The translations under genes and the position numbers were made by a program. The notes beneath the pieces are model-generated. The model saw nothing but the letters and a program-made list of their open reading frames with translations. It was not told the DNA's origin and searched no databases. A DNA stretch of 64,000 nt from a virus, in IMG/VR virus record IMGVR_UViG_3300044878_000031, positions 32,001 to 96,000 of that record. One strand, written 5' to 3'. Shown in pieces: positions 23,897-34,669 of the stretch; positions within the stretch are counted from its first letter, which is position 1, and every line of letters begins with the position of its first letter.

Positions 23897-24538
23897 TCAA
23901 ACGCGTTGGCGTAGGATAGCTTTGCCGCGAGTAACTTGAATGAAGATGCCACGTTTACGGGAGTCAGGGTTTTCACCTTGATCGTCCAGCGTGACAGTCA
24001 TCCCAGCTTCTTCACAGCGTTTCACGTTTACGGTGTTCAGCAAACCGTCACGTTGAATCAGACACTTGTGAATCCGCTCACCCAGGAGTTTGAGTTCCCG
24101 GAGTTGCGGTTGAACATCTTGCGGGTAACCTTCCAGCAACACCACATGCTCATAGAAGATTGCGAAGTGGCGAATCATATCGCCTACCGGATCTTCAATA
24201 GTGGTGACTGGTTCGGACAGTGCCTCGTCTTCAAGGGGTGGGTTCCAGCGAGTGCGCAGTTCGTCAATCGCTTCCTGTGTCTTCTCAACGCCGTAACGTT
24301 CGGTCATGATATTGGCCAGCCCTGACATGATGCTGTCGCGAGTGAAGGTAATATCTGGGTTCTTCTCGAGGAACGACTCGAGGAACGATTTACCGGGTAC
24401 ATAGGTTTCGTCAGACATGGTAATTCCTTTTGGGGGCTCTTCACCAGTATAGTGAGGAACCAACATGTGGGGAGTGTCCATGATGCAGGAGAAGTCACAG
24501 GAGATTTCGTCTTCGGAGACAGTAGTAGATTGGTTCAT
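23897..24538 (-). CDS. Hypothetical protein
   Basis: 213-aa ORF; possible internal start at MSDET with AAGGA RBS. Confidence 0.7.
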   Translation of the reverse strand: MNQSTTVSEDEISCDFSCIMDTPHMLVPHYTGEEPPKGITMSDETYVPGKSFLESFLEKNPDITFTRDSIMSGLANIMTERYGVEKTQEAIDELRTRWNPPLEDEALSEPVTTIEDPVGDMIRHFAIFYEHVVLLEGYPQDVQPQLRELKLLGERIHKCLIQRDGLLNTVNVKRCEEAGMTVTLDDQGENPDSRKRGIFIQVTRGKAILRQRV

Positions 24539-24539
24539 G

Positions 24540-24794
24540 TTACACTTCCGTTTTAACAGTTAGGTTTGGTTCAAGGGGTTCTTGGTAGTGCGCTCGGATT
24601 AGCACACCACGTTTGGGACCGTTCTGCCCGTCGATCCACTCGATCTCTTCAGCTCGGTAGACCGGTTGGATGTTGGTGTACATTCCAGCGTAGTGCTGGA
24701 TCGATTCAAAGAACACCGGAAGCTCATCAGGGAACTGTGCCAGTAAGCCCCTGAGGTCCCGAACTCTTTGTTGCTTAATAAAGATGCCGGACAT
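24540..24794 (-). CDS. Hypothetical protein
   Basis: 84-aa ORF similar to the C-terminal half of the upstream gene. Confidence 0.72.
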   Translation of the reverse strand: MSGIFIKQQRVRDLRGLLAQFPDELPVFFESIQHYAGMYTNIQPVYRAEEIEWIDGQNGPKRGVLIRAHYQEPLEPNLTVKTEV

Positions 24795-24796
24795 AA

Positions 24797-25285
24797 CTAA
24801 GCCCCTTGACCTTCAGGATCTTCTGGGTCTACGGGATCAGGTGGGCACTGACGGATGATCAGGCAAGGGATGTCCTTACCAAAGAAGCCGTAGGTAGTTT
24901 CCTCGACTACGTAAGCAGCTTCGATGTTACCACAGACAGGTGCAACGCGTTCGAAGAAGACATCCAAGTTTCTATCCTTGGTTGCCAACAGATCGCACAG
25001 CGTACCTGCGTTGAGTTGACGTCCTTCCCGGTCTTCAGGATAGTTGTAGTCTTCGTCGGGCAAAGGCCAGAGGCAGGACTTAGGGAAGTTGTAGGTTTGA
25101 TCAGTACCAGGTAGGCGAACCTTGTACATCCCAGACTTCAACCATTGCTCAACCACCACGATCTGACCCAGGAACGGTCGGGCATCAGCATCGATGCCGT
25201 GGTCACCAATGTTCTTTTGTTGGTAACGCTTTCCGATGTGGAGTTGGTTATTGCGGTAAAGTCTTTCCATCTTTTCGTTCTGCAC
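24797..25285 (-). CDS. Hypothetical protein (SH3-like N-terminal part)
   Basis: 162-aa ORF with GGAG RBS. Confidence 0.72.
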   Translation of the reverse strand: MQNEKMERLYRNNQLHIGKRYQQKNIGDHGIDADARPFLGQIVVVEQWLKSGMYKVRLPGTDQTYNFPKSCLWPLPDEDYNYPEDREGRQLNAGTLCDLLATKDRNLDVFFERVAPVCGNIEAAYVVEETTYGFFGKDIPCLIIRQCPPDPVDPEDPEGQGA

Positions 25286-25345
25286 AACTAGGCTCCCATA
25301 AAAAAGAAAACCACAGGAGCCCCGAAGGACTCCTGTAGCTATTAC

Positions 25346-26344
25346 TTACTTGCCGTCAACGCGAACCAGATCCCACAGGGTGTTCTTGTCGAAGTCGCTG
25401 TAGTCAGCGATGCGGTCAGCCATGTCGTCTTCTTTGTTCATGACGTTGCCGCCAACCGAGCAGGTGCTCAGTTCCACAGTACCGTCTTCGTTCAGCTCAA
25501 CTGGGTTGATGCAGAACAGCTTGCCTTCCAGCAAAGCCACCACGTGTTCTTTGTGACCACGTTTGCCGAACACTGCAACGTGCGACAGTTGGATGTTGTT
25601 ACGGCCTCCGTTGTGACCATCTTTGATCAGGCCGCCAGCAGCCAGCACGCCTTCAACAACCTTGGCGTTGCGAGCACGAATCTTTTCGATCAGTGGGTTC
25701 ATTGCGATTTCTTCCTTCTGAGGAGTTTGCTCTTCGGTGAGCGAGATCATGTTTTCAGCGAAGTCACCAGTGGCAACCTGACGAGCCAGGTTAGGGTAGT
25801 TCCACTCGGTAACAACATTCTGGTAGTTGGTGCTGAACACCGCGTACATGCCATTGTGGCGAACCAGAACGTGGGTGTGACCTTTCTCGTGTAGGAAAGG
25901 TTTGTAAGCATCAGCAGGAATCTTGTCCAGCAGGATGTGTTCTACAACAGCGTCGACCACAGCTTGATCGATCACAACAGCTTTAGCAGCAATTTCCATT
26001 TCTTCAGCCTCGAGAGTTTTGAACGGGATAACACCGATGATCTTGCCACCGAAAGAATCCCAGTAGGCAGCAGCAGCTTCTTCGATCAGCGCGAACTTGT
26101 GACCATCAACGTGGCCAGCGAAGTGCGGGCTGGAAACACGGTAGCCACCTTCAGCACGAATTACAACTTCACGCAGAGGAGCTTCTTTACCGTCTTCCAA
26201 GTACACCAGAGTCAGGCGACCATCCTTCACTTTGTACAGACCCAGGAAACCTTCCTGAACCAGTTGACCAGCGAAGTAGATACCATCGTTCTTGATGGCT
26301 TGAGTAGCAGCGCGTACAGCAACAACCGAAGTAATGGAGTTCAT
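25346..26344 (-). CDS. Early, highly expressed hypothetical protein
   Basis: AAGGA RBS, strong codon bias, own early promoter and terminator. Confidence 0.8.
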   Translation of the reverse strand: MNSITSVVAVRAATQAIKNDGIYFAGQLVQEGFLGLYKVKDGRLTLVYLEDGKEAPLREVVIRAEGGYRVSSPHFAGHVDGHKFALIEEAAAAYWDSFGGKIIGVIPFKTLEAEEMEIAAKAVVIDQAVVDAVVEHILLDKIPADAYKPFLHEKGHTHVLVRHNGMYAVFSTNYQNVVTEWNYPNLARQVATGDFAENMISLTEEQTPQKEEIAMNPLIEKIRARNAKVVEGVLAAGGLIKDGHNGGRNNIQLSHVAVFGKRGHKEHVVALLEGKLFCINPVELNEDGTVELSTCSVGGNVMNKEDDMADRIADYSDFDKNTLWDLVRVDGK

Positions 26345-26400
26345 ATTCGTATTCCTTCTGAGGATAAAGTAGTTTGATGAACAAGATTTTGTATCCTATT

Positions 26401-26427
26401 CACCAGAGTAATATAGACTTGAGATTT
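26401..26427 (-). promoter_or_regulatory. Early promoter
   Basis: AATCTCAAGTC-TATATTAC-TCTGGTG on the minus strand. Confidence 0.78.
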
Positions 26428-26490
26428 TTTTATTTCGACTTTTATGCCCTACGTATTTTGTGACTATAGTTTCTCCTGAGGAATGGCGAC

Positions 26491-27717
26491 ATGACCGCTA
26501 GCATTAAGGGGGTCTTCACCAGCGAGCTGAATGACCTAGAGCTTGACCCCAAGCTCGTTAAAAGACTGTCCCATTTCAAACACGCTTTCATCAACAAGAA
26601 CGATGACCACATCAACTTCTTTGGTGGGAACCTGTTAGGGGTGGAAGTGGTACGGTATCTGCAACAAGACCGTGACCAGTGGTTCAGTGAAGTTCTGGAC
26701 GTGGATGACGTAACCCTGACTGAAGCGTTGTATTCCCTCGATGTCATTAACGAGGAGTTCAAACGTACTTCGGACGTGGTCAACTTAACCAGCGTCTATC
26801 TGTTACACGCTCTCTACAACTCCAAGAAGCTGACGGCTACGGAGAAAGAGAAAGCAATGATCGATGTGGTGTACATGCTACAGGTGAAGTTTATCACCAG
26901 TATCTTTGCCCACTACTTTAAGTTCCCTGCGGACAAAGAGATTGCTCAGGCGGTCTACGAATCCCTCAGTTACAAGTACGCCCTCAAACGTGCGGGTAGC
27001 TGGAACGCTTTGTTCACCGAACGTTCCAAGGACGTGATCAGCCACAACAGCATTCACTTCAAGACCATCAAAGACTTCAACGACGATGATGCGATCTTGT
27101 ACATGATCACCGACATCCAGGGTCGTATCCGGGAAGTGGTCAAGAAGATGTACGCTGTGCTGATCCAGATGCGGGACAACAAAGACCGTATCCATTCGAC
27201 CACCAGTGTGGCACTGTCGACTGACGGGGAAGCTATCCTCAAAGACCGGCAGCGTAGCTTCTCCACGTACAAGCGCTATATCCACAGTGTGATCCCAGAC
27301 CGGGTGACGTTCATTCGTGACGAGGTTGTGTCTGTTATTACAGATGCCATGCACACTATGTCCCCGAAGCTATTTCTGGACGTGCTGGAACACTGTAGCG
27401 CCAACTACGGCAAAGCAGGCCACCAAGAGATTGCTGATCTCTGTGACGAGACCTTGCTCCACGCCTTCGAGTTTCTATCCGCTAACCGAACCCTCCTGCG
27501 CAATCAGGGCGACCTCGGTAAGCTGTTGACTCGTCTGCGTTCGCTGTACATGGCTTCACGAATGGTTGACCCCACTCTGTTGAAGATGCGTGACCTCGCT
27601 GACAGTATCGTCCACAAGTCCAGTACGAGTAAGAACAAAGCAATGCAGGCCAGTCTGCGTACCGGTCTCGAACTGTATATCGTGCTTCGGACTTTCACGA
27701 TGAACTACTACTCTTGA
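26491..27717 (+). CDS. Conserved virion-associated core protein (phiKZ gp32-like)
   Basis: 408 aa with HINFFGGNLLG motif; near the terminase/tail block. Confidence 0.7.
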   Translation: MTASIKGVFTSELNDLELDPKLVKRLSHFKHAFINKNDDHINFFGGNLLGVEVVRYLQQDRDQWFSEVLDVDDVTLTEALYSLDVINEEFKRTSDVVNLTSVYLLHALYNSKKLTATEKEKAMIDVVYMLQVKFITSIFAHYFKFPADKEIAQAVYESLSYKYALKRAGSWNALFTERSKDVISHNSIHFKTIKDFNDDDAILYMITDIQGRIREVVKKMYAVLIQMRDNKDRIHSTTSVALSTDGEAILKDRQRSFSTYKRYIHSVIPDRVTFIRDEVVSVITDAMHTMSPKLFLDVLEHCSANYGKAGHQEIADLCDETLLHAFEFLSANRTLLRNQGDLGKLLTRLRSLYMASRMVDPTLLKMRDLADSIVHKSSTSKNKAMQASLRTGLELYIVLRTFTMNYYS

Positions 27718-27724
27718 GGCACTT

Positions 27725-28078
27725 ATGAAAGCATTGCTCCGCGCACTGGGCACCCAGTTCAATACTGAGAAGTCCCGGATGGAGATGATTGTAGAACGTC
27801 CACCATTCGAGGCGGATCTGCGTAAGATCATCAAAAGCACCAAACAGATGATCAAGACCACCACTCGGGTTAGCCGTTGGCAATGTCTCTGGTGGAGCGG
27901 TTACGAGGAAGAGGTAGTGACGGATTACTACATCGTTCACTTCCTAGTCCGGGGCGATGCTTTGTCTTACTCCAAACGCTACCACACGGAAGTGATTGAC
28001 CAGCAGCATTTGGAGGCTCTGTACCAAGAGTCGATCTACAGCGTGAAAGGTCATCTGGCTCACGACGAGTTCCAGTAA
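27725..28078 (+). CDS. Hypothetical protein
   Basis: 117-aa ORF with GAGG RBS, followed by a terminator. Confidence 0.7.
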   Translation: MKALLRALGTQFNTEKSRMEMIVERPPFEADLRKIIKSTKQMIKTTTRVSRWQCLWWSGYEEEVVTDYYIVHFLVRGDALSYSKRYHTEVIDQQHLEALYQESIYSVKGHLAHDEFQ

Positions 28079-28081
28079 GGC

Positions 28082-28120
28082 GCATAAAGAGCCCACCCCA
28101 GCGGGTGGGCTCTATGCCGT
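28082..28120. terminator. Bidirectional terminator
   Basis: AGAGCCCACCC/GGGTGGGCTCT flanked by GCATAAA and TATGCCG. Confidence 0.8.
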
Positions 28121-30333
28121 TAGGCAGCCATGCGAACACCACCCCACGGATTGTTAGCCGCAGGACGTTGTTTGTTCCCCCACGAAATCCCTTTCGAGAA
28201 GAAGTCGTTCTGTTGCACACGGGCTTGCTTGTTGTTCCGCACCAGACGTTCATCCGAGGCACGCTTGATCAAGGCGTTCATGTTGTTCACCTCCTCAGTG
28301 TCCTCTTTGATACGGCTAGCCAAGAAGCGCAGACGTGCTTCAGTCCGGGTAACTTGGAAGGTATCCGAAGCTTCAGCCAACACAGCGTACAGTCCATCCA
28401 TTTCCGTACGGTAGTCTTTCTGCACCCGCTTCTCGTGGATCTCTTCCAACGTGAGAGGTTTACTGTTATCGCTAACAGCCGACATCACAATGCTAGCGTC
28501 AATCCCGTACCAGTCAAGGTTCGTCCCCATCATCAACATCCAGTTAGCCAACAGCCACGCAACTACCGTGTCGTCGTGTCCTGAAGCATCGTGGTCGATA
28601 CGTCCTCGCTTCACCACTAGGGCGCGAATCTCTGCGGAGAGTACCTTGTCTCTGACGAGGTGTCCGGCTTTCTTCGCCGATTGTTGCAACACAGTCGAGT
28701 ACAGGGAGTTCCGTGCTTCCGCCGTGGTGTTGAACCCGAAGTACTTCTTCGTGCTGTCGTAGAACCCAGGAGAACGAGCACCGTGTGGACGTTGCAGTTC
28801 TTTGAACAGGTCTTGACGATCGGAAGCTTCGTCGACGATACGGTTGAAGATACGACGGAATGGATCGATGCCGTGTTTCGGCAGAGTCAGGAGCAGGGAG
28901 TCTACGATCATTTGACCGGTGGACTTCTTCTCTGGAATCAGCGTCATGTTCGGGTACTTCACCATCAGTTCGGCCAAAGCGTTCGAGAACCGGATCAAGT
29001 TGGTTTCGTTCACAGTGAAAGCACCGACTACCGACAGATCCTTCGCACTGATGATTACACCCGCGATGGCATCTCGACCGATTGCTTCCGAGGTATCCAA
29101 CCCCAGGATGAAACTGTCGTTGCGTTTGGCAGCAGCAAGTTCCACTTCGTCCAAGTACCAACGGATGATGTACAGCTCTTTGGTGATCTCGGTGTGTTTG
29201 ATCTCGACCACAGAATCGCGAATCTTTTCGTTGAGTGCGGGAGACAGTGGGGAACTCTGCGTACCCGATGTCCACACGTTGAAGAAGTCTCGGTCTGCTG
29301 CGTCGCCGAAGGAACTGGCCTGAGACATTGCCTCGTACAGCCATTCATCGGTGTAGCCCAATTGACGGTGACTGAAGGTGGCGTTGATAATCAACTTACG
29401 TCCAGCGCAGTTCTTACGAACCATTTCCACCAGAGCATCACGGTCAACACAATCGTAGAACAGTTCAGTCCACGTTGCACCACCATGAATCATGTCGTAC
29501 ATGAAGCGACCGTCACGGTCGTCTTTCTTACCAGCCGTTGTAGTAAAGATGTTGCCGTGTGGACGGCCGTGCATCTTCGCTTCAGCACGAGCGGTAGTAG
29601 CAGCAGCCAGGGCCGCAGGCAGAGTAGTACCGATGTGGTTAATGAAGGGACCTTCGTCGATGTGCGCAATAGGTGCGGTAAGTCCCCGACCCAAGTTGTT
29701 CGCAGTAGACTCAGAGTTCTGAGAAACGCCAGTGGTGTAGTAGTTCTCGTGGTGCTTACAGGTAACTTCGAATTGGTTGTCCGAGTCGTCACGGCTCCGA
29801 GGTACAATGTAGCCCGGCAGCAAGTCACGCAGCTTCTTGATACGCTCAACGTTCTTCTTACGGAGGGTATCGTCCTTTGTGATCATGTTGATGATGGAGT
29901 TACCAGCACCGATGAACAGCAGCCACAGCATGATACAGTCAGTAGACACCGACTTACCCGTCTGACGTGGTTGGATCAACGCAATGTCGATACTGTTCAG
30001 GAACGCCCAGGTAATCGCAATGTTACCCCGGTTGGCAATGTAGGAGATTGGGTTCGGACCAGCAACAGGAGGAATCCGAACAACCTCACGCAAGAAGTAC
30101 CAAACGTTCCAGCGGCACTCCAGACCGATAGCGATCTTGGTGGCTTCAGAAAGAATCTCGCAGTGAGGGTCAACACCCTTTAGGTCTTGGTTAATCAAGG
30201 CTAAAGGAAAATATCGGTTCTTAACCCCCATCTCTCCATAGAGCGAGACGAGGCGTAGAAACGATTCATTCTTCGTATCGAAGTCAGGCCTTGCAGTAAA
30301 GGCCCTCGTCCAATCATTGGCGAATAGAATCAT
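28120..30333 (-). CDS. terL: Terminase large subunit (phiKZ gp25-like)
   Basis: Walker A PRQTGKS, Walker B HIDEG, TTTAG motif III, nuclease GLDTS and HDD; true start likely ATG 30333 (MILFANDW). Confidence 0.93.
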   Translation of the reverse strand: MILFANDWTRAFTARPDFDTKNESFLRLVSLYGEMGVKNRYFPLALINQDLKGVDPHCEILSEATKIAIGLECRWNVWYFLREVVRIPPVAGPNPISYIANRGNIAITWAFLNSIDIALIQPRQTGKSVSTDCIMLWLLFIGAGNSIINMITKDDTLRKKNVERIKKLRDLLPGYIVPRSRDDSDNQFEVTCKHHENYYTTGVSQNSESTANNLGRGLTAPIAHIDEGPFINHIGTTLPAALAAATTARAEAKMHGRPHGNIFTTTAGKKDDRDGRFMYDMIHGGATWTELFYDCVDRDALVEMVRKNCAGRKLIINATFSHRQLGYTDEWLYEAMSQASSFGDAADRDFFNVWTSGTQSSPLSPALNEKIRDSVVEIKHTEITKELYIIRWYLDEVELAAAKRNDSFILGLDTSEAIGRDAIAGVIISAKDLSVVGAFTVNETNLIRFSNALAELMVKYPNMTLIPEKKSTGQMIVDSLLLTLPKHGIDPFRRIFNRIVDEASDRQDLFKELQRPHGARSPGFYDSTKKYFGFNTTAEARNSLYSTVLQQSAKKAGHLVRDKVLSAEIRALVVKRGRIDHDASGHDDTVVAWLLANWMLMMGTNLDWYGIDASIVMSAVSDNSKPLTLEEIHEKRVQKDYRTEMDGLYAVLAEASDTFQVTRTEARLRFLASRIKEDTEEVNNMNALIKRASDERLVRNNKQARVQQNDFFSKGISWGNKQRPAANNPWGGVRMAA

Positions 30334-30409
30334 AGGGAAAGTCCTAGAAAGAGTGGGTAGCTCATAACTTAGACGGCATAAAGCCGGAGGTTGCCCTCCG
30401 GCCCTAACC

Positions 30410-32095
30410 TTACAGAGCAGTAACCTGCAATGTAACCATCCCGCCCATGCCCAACTGGAGGTCTCCCTCTTGTAGGCGTTTGACGAAACGAATGAACAAC
30501 GGTTTCCCGTCCTTCGGTACTTCTGGAACTTGCAACTCCGTGTTCCAACGATCAATTGGGTAAGCGAATTCCTTACCGTTGATCATCAGCATGAAGTAGT
30601 TCGGTTCCGGTGCTTGGGTTTCGGATTGAGTATTCACCAACGGCTGAGCGTTGTAGAACACGTCCTTGATCCACAAGTCTTTCAACAGGTAACCCGAATC
30701 AATCTTCAGGAGCCAGTTGTTGACGTTGATGAACTTAGCCCGTGCACGCAGACCTTTACCGTACAGCTCAGGTTGCCCCGAGTAGTACTCGATGTTCCAT
30801 CCGTTGGTCTGGGTGTTACCCGGAGCCAGCAGTGCTACACCGATAGTCTGGGCGTGACGCCAGTCGGAGTAGTTGCTATCGATGTCGGACATGTTGATAC
30901 CAACGTTGATACGCTGGATCGGACCGTACGACGTCGGGTCGAATGGGTTCGAGTTGAGTGCGAAGGTAACCTTGTCAGTCACTTCGAAGAACTCAGAACG
31001 GTTGAGGTTGAACAAGAACCAGCGCAGCTTGTAACCCATGGTGGCATCGATCCACTCTGGGAAACAGAACAACTTGACAGAGTACGCACCGTTCATTCGT
31101 GTAGTGGTTGCCCAATACGGAACAGACATGTGCTTAGTGACGTTAGCCGAAGCCCCGTACACGTACTCTTCAGCCGACAGCTTGTACGACAGAGCCAACT
31201 CGACCTTCTGCCCCACGATGGTAGCAATGAAGTTCTGCAACCCGTACAGGTTGAACTTGGTTCCGTCGACTGGCATGATCTTGCGAGAGCCGTCGCTGTA
31301 CGTCACCACACCACGAGCGTTGAGTGCGTCGATCGGCATGTTGATAGCGAACTTCAACAGACTGTCGTCGCCTTCCGAAATGAACGGAGACTCGAGGTGG
31401 ATACTGGTGATAAACTTCTTCGACGCGTCCGTAGTACGGATGAACGCCGTGTTCATAACCAACAGCTTGGTGATCGAAGTCACGTTACCCACGGCATCGT
31501 ACAACACCGCAGTAACCACTTCATTGTCCGGCAGCTTCTGCAAGGTGTAACCAACCATCGGAGCTTTCACTGCGTAGTTGATTGCAGAGGGAACACCCGA
31601 CTGTGGGTTGTTGGGGACTTGCACCAACTCCAGTGGAATGTTCTCACCGAGCAACGTACCGCCGTGATCGTACATCGCAGAGATCACTTTGGATTCGTCA
31701 CTGATGTCCGTACCCCAGAAGATCTTGACGCTCGACACAGTAGTACCGTAAACCCGCAAGCGAGAGTCGATAGCCAACACGTGAGGAGTAACCGAGGTAT
31801 CGAGATACACACGGTAGGATTCATTCTGGTGTTCGTGACCCACACCCAACAGGATGTCTTCATCGGACACTTCAGAACCCGTCTTCGGAGGTTCGTACTC
31901 TTTGAGCTGACTCAAGCCAGTCAAGAGGTTAACGGCGATTACTTGCCAGAGACCAGTTACCCAGTCCCAGACTTCGTCGTTAACGTTAGGGACGTAGCGC
32001 CCCGTACCGGTAGGACCGGTATAGATCTCATCTTTTCGCCACCGACGGTGACCCCGGTTAGGGTCTGTGATCGGGACGATAAACGTATCGCTCAT
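30410..32095 (-). CDS. Virion structural protein (phiKZ gp26-like, probable baseplate)
   Basis: 561-aa beta-rich ORF next to terL. Confidence 0.72.
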   Translation of the reverse strand: MSDTFIVPITDPNRGHRRWRKDEIYTGPTGTGRYVPNVNDEVWDWVTGLWQVIAVNLLTGLSQLKEYEPPKTGSEVSDEDILLGVGHEHQNESYRVYLDTSVTPHVLAIDSRLRVYGTTVSSVKIFWGTDISDESKVISAMYDHGGTLLGENIPLELVQVPNNPQSGVPSAINYAVKAPMVGYTLQKLPDNEVVTAVLYDAVGNVTSITKLLVMNTAFIRTTDASKKFITSIHLESPFISEGDDSLLKFAINMPIDALNARGVVTYSDGSRKIMPVDGTKFNLYGLQNFIATIVGQKVELALSYKLSAEEYVYGASANVTKHMSVPYWATTTRMNGAYSVKLFCFPEWIDATMGYKLRWFLFNLNRSEFFEVTDKVTFALNSNPFDPTSYGPIQRINVGINMSDIDSNYSDWRHAQTIGVALLAPGNTQTNGWNIEYYSGQPELYGKGLRARAKFINVNNWLLKIDSGYLLKDLWIKDVFYNAQPLVNTQSETQAPEPNYFMLMINGKEFAYPIDRWNTELQVPEVPKDGKPLFIRFVKRLQEGDLQLGMGGMVTLQVTAL

Positions 32096-32098
32096 GGT

Positions 32099-34669
32099 TT
32101 AAACCCATCCGTCTTTGATGGAGACGAAGTGACTGAGGTCAACTTTGCCTTCCAGGTATAGAGCTATCGCCCGTTTGAGGAAGTTGTACTGGTAGATGTC
32201 CAACTCCGTTTCGTACGACAGGTGGTGTGGATGGATACTTACGTACCGGGTGTCCACGTCACGCTTGCACGGATCGAAATCGAGCAGGTACTCGTAGTCC
32301 TTCAACCACCGCTTGATGTCCGGGTCACCGTAGTAGGCTTTCATCTGGTCGTCCCAGATCAACCCACTCATCAAGTCAAACATCACCTTGCACGCAAACG
32401 GGCTGAACACCTCGTAACGTTCTTCGATCATGTTCGGGTTGGAGATCACTGGCTCCGGCAACTTCAACGTCAAGTAGTCAGAGATAGCCCTGTCAGTTAC
32501 TTTAGACTTGGCTCGCAGTGAGTACGTGTTTTCGTCTACTAACCCACGCAGCGGCACTACCACGTCGTCGATCTGGTACGGACTGCCGTTCTTCACTTCA
32601 GTCGTCAGATACACACCGCTGTGGTCTTCGGCAAACTTGAGCTTGTCCCGAGTCATAGTCCGACCACGCACCACCATCCGCATGACTTTGTCGTCACGAA
32701 TGTCGAAGCGACGGTTACGACTGAGCAACCCATTCTGCACAAAGCCAAACTCAGCAGGTGTTTCCAGAGTCATGTCGTCCTGAGGGAAACCTGTAGCACG
32801 TCCGAAGATTTGCTGAGGCCCAGACTCGACCAGGAACTCACGGTTGGTCAGGGTTACGTACGGCCAGTTCAAGAAGTAGTCCAGCCCCTCAATGAGAGGA
32901 TGTCCATTCAGGAACAATTCCAACTTGCCCATCGGCAGGTTCATTGGTTGCTCGTAGTAGTTCCCATCCGTACGCTTCTCAGTCACTTTGATTGGGAAGT
33001 AGTACAGGCCATCCGGTGCCGTAATCGACAGGTTAAATGCCAAGAACTTACGGTCATCCCGCACAGCGGTGTACCAGCGTACCCGATCCAGCGTCCACAC
33101 CACTTCATTGTTAGCAATGACGTAGTCGACATTCGGCGTAGCTGTTACCCATTCAAAGGACGGCGTCCCAGCGACCATCGAGCACTTGTAGAACCGATAG
33201 TTGTACGTCGGGTTCAAAGTGCTACGAAGTTGATGGTAGATCGTATCCAACACGTTCGAACCAATCCCCACCAACGCTTCAATCAGCCGACACGCTTCAT
33301 TACGAGGCGAGTAGAACTTACCTGACGTGTGAGGGTAGTAGCCCATCAAGACACCGTTAGCGTCATGCTCATAGCACGTGGCATCTGTCTGTAACCCAAT
33401 CGGCATTTCTGCAAAGCGGTCACGAGGCAGTACGGTGACTTTCTGTGGAGTGTCAGCTACCAGTTTACTGATGGCGTTGTAGCCATAAGCATCCTGAACC
33501 ATCTTCCGAGTAATGTCAGGACCTCGAGCCCCCATCACCTTCGGATACATCGCAGCCTCAAGGTTGTCGGCACGCCACACAGCAACAGTGGACTCCAGAC
33601 CCAACATCGCTTTCGGGATGTCTTTGACCTTGAGTTTGTACAGCTCTTTGATCCGAGAGTTCTCGTCAACCAGCGGACGTTTCCAACCAGCTTCCCGAAT
33701 GCACAAACGCACTGTGATCTCAGCTAAGTCATGCCACCCATCGGTAGCAGCAACAAAGCCCGCCACATAAGGCACCACGATAGCGTAGTCCTTGTGCGTA
33801 ACCATCCGCAGTGAATCCGGTTGGTTCTTGTGGTGATAGACCCCACGGTAACGACCGTTGGTTTCTTTCTTGATCAGGTAGATGTCGATGTCGTCTCGGT
33901 AGTCAATCGTCACCTTTTGATCGTCAACGTAGTGGAGCAAGTATTTACGCTTGTTGTCCACCAGACTAACGAAGGTGTCGAGATCCTTGAGCGGTAAGTC
34001 CACTACACGACGGATCGTGGAGTCGTAGACGTACTCAACAATGTCACCCGGTATTACACGGTCAGGTTGGAAGTCATCCACCAAGTAACCGTTGATGTAA
34101 GCGTAGGTGTGGCCAAGCTTGGCCTTCCACACCAGATACTCACGTTGGAATGTCAACAGCTTCGCACGATCGTCGTCGTAGGTATAGCCGCTGATCTTGA
34201 CCATGTTCACGTCTTTGTACGAACGCTCAGACGCAAAGAAGGCGTTGGAGTACACCCGGAAGTACAACGGGTTGTGGTACAGGCTACCAAAGATCTCGTT
34301 ACGCTTAATGGCGATAACAATGTTGCGATCCCCCATTACCTGTAGGTACGCCATGTGGCGAGGGATTTGCACACCGTCAACGTTGTACAGATCCACAATC
34401 ATCTTCGCCTGTTCACAGACAGTCGAGAATGGTGTCCACGTCTTCCACGAGTTGATCAACCCGAGAAGCTTAGGATGAATCTGTCCAATCCAATAAACGT
34501 TGAAGTCATCTTTGCGGTTTGGCAGATGGATTGTCTGCCATTCCACATCGACGGTACGAGAGACTCCGAACTTCCCAGTAATGTGGGCCATTCGGTAGAT
34601 GTACTGGTAGTCCTGGTCAGGCGTACACCAGACGTTGTCTAGTGCGTGCTCAATCAGGTAATCAGACAT
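32099..34669 (-). CDS. Virion structural protein (phiKZ gp27-like, probable baseplate)
   Basis: 856 aa starting with NVWCTPDQD; synteny with terL and sheath. Confidence 0.72.
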   Translation of the reverse strand: MSDYLIEHALDNVWCTPDQDYQYIYRMAHITGKFGVSRTVDVEWQTIHLPNRKDDFNVYWIGQIHPKLLGLINSWKTWTPFSTVCEQAKMIVDLYNVDGVQIPRHMAYLQVMGDRNIVIAIKRNEIFGSLYHNPLYFRVYSNAFFASERSYKDVNMVKISGYTYDDDRAKLLTFQREYLVWKAKLGHTYAYINGYLVDDFQPDRVIPGDIVEYVYDSTIRRVVDLPLKDLDTFVSLVDNKRKYLLHYVDDQKVTIDYRDDIDIYLIKKETNGRYRGVYHHKNQPDSLRMVTHKDYAIVVPYVAGFVAATDGWHDLAEITVRLCIREAGWKRPLVDENSRIKELYKLKVKDIPKAMLGLESTVAVWRADNLEAAMYPKVMGARGPDITRKMVQDAYGYNAISKLVADTPQKVTVLPRDRFAEMPIGLQTDATCYEHDANGVLMGYYPHTSGKFYSPRNEACRLIEALVGIGSNVLDTIYHQLRSTLNPTYNYRFYKCSMVAGTPSFEWVTATPNVDYVIANNEVVWTLDRVRWYTAVRDDRKFLAFNLSITAPDGLYYFPIKVTEKRTDGNYYEQPMNLPMGKLELFLNGHPLIEGLDYFLNWPYVTLTNREFLVESGPQQIFGRATGFPQDDMTLETPAEFGFVQNGLLSRNRRFDIRDDKVMRMVVRGRTMTRDKLKFAEDHSGVYLTTEVKNGSPYQIDDVVVPLRGLVDENTYSLRAKSKVTDRAISDYLTLKLPEPVISNPNMIEERYEVFSPFACKVMFDLMSGLIWDDQMKAYYGDPDIKRWLKDYEYLLDFDPCKRDVDTRYVSIHPHHLSYETELDIYQYNFLKRAIALYLEGKVDLSHFVSIKDGWV

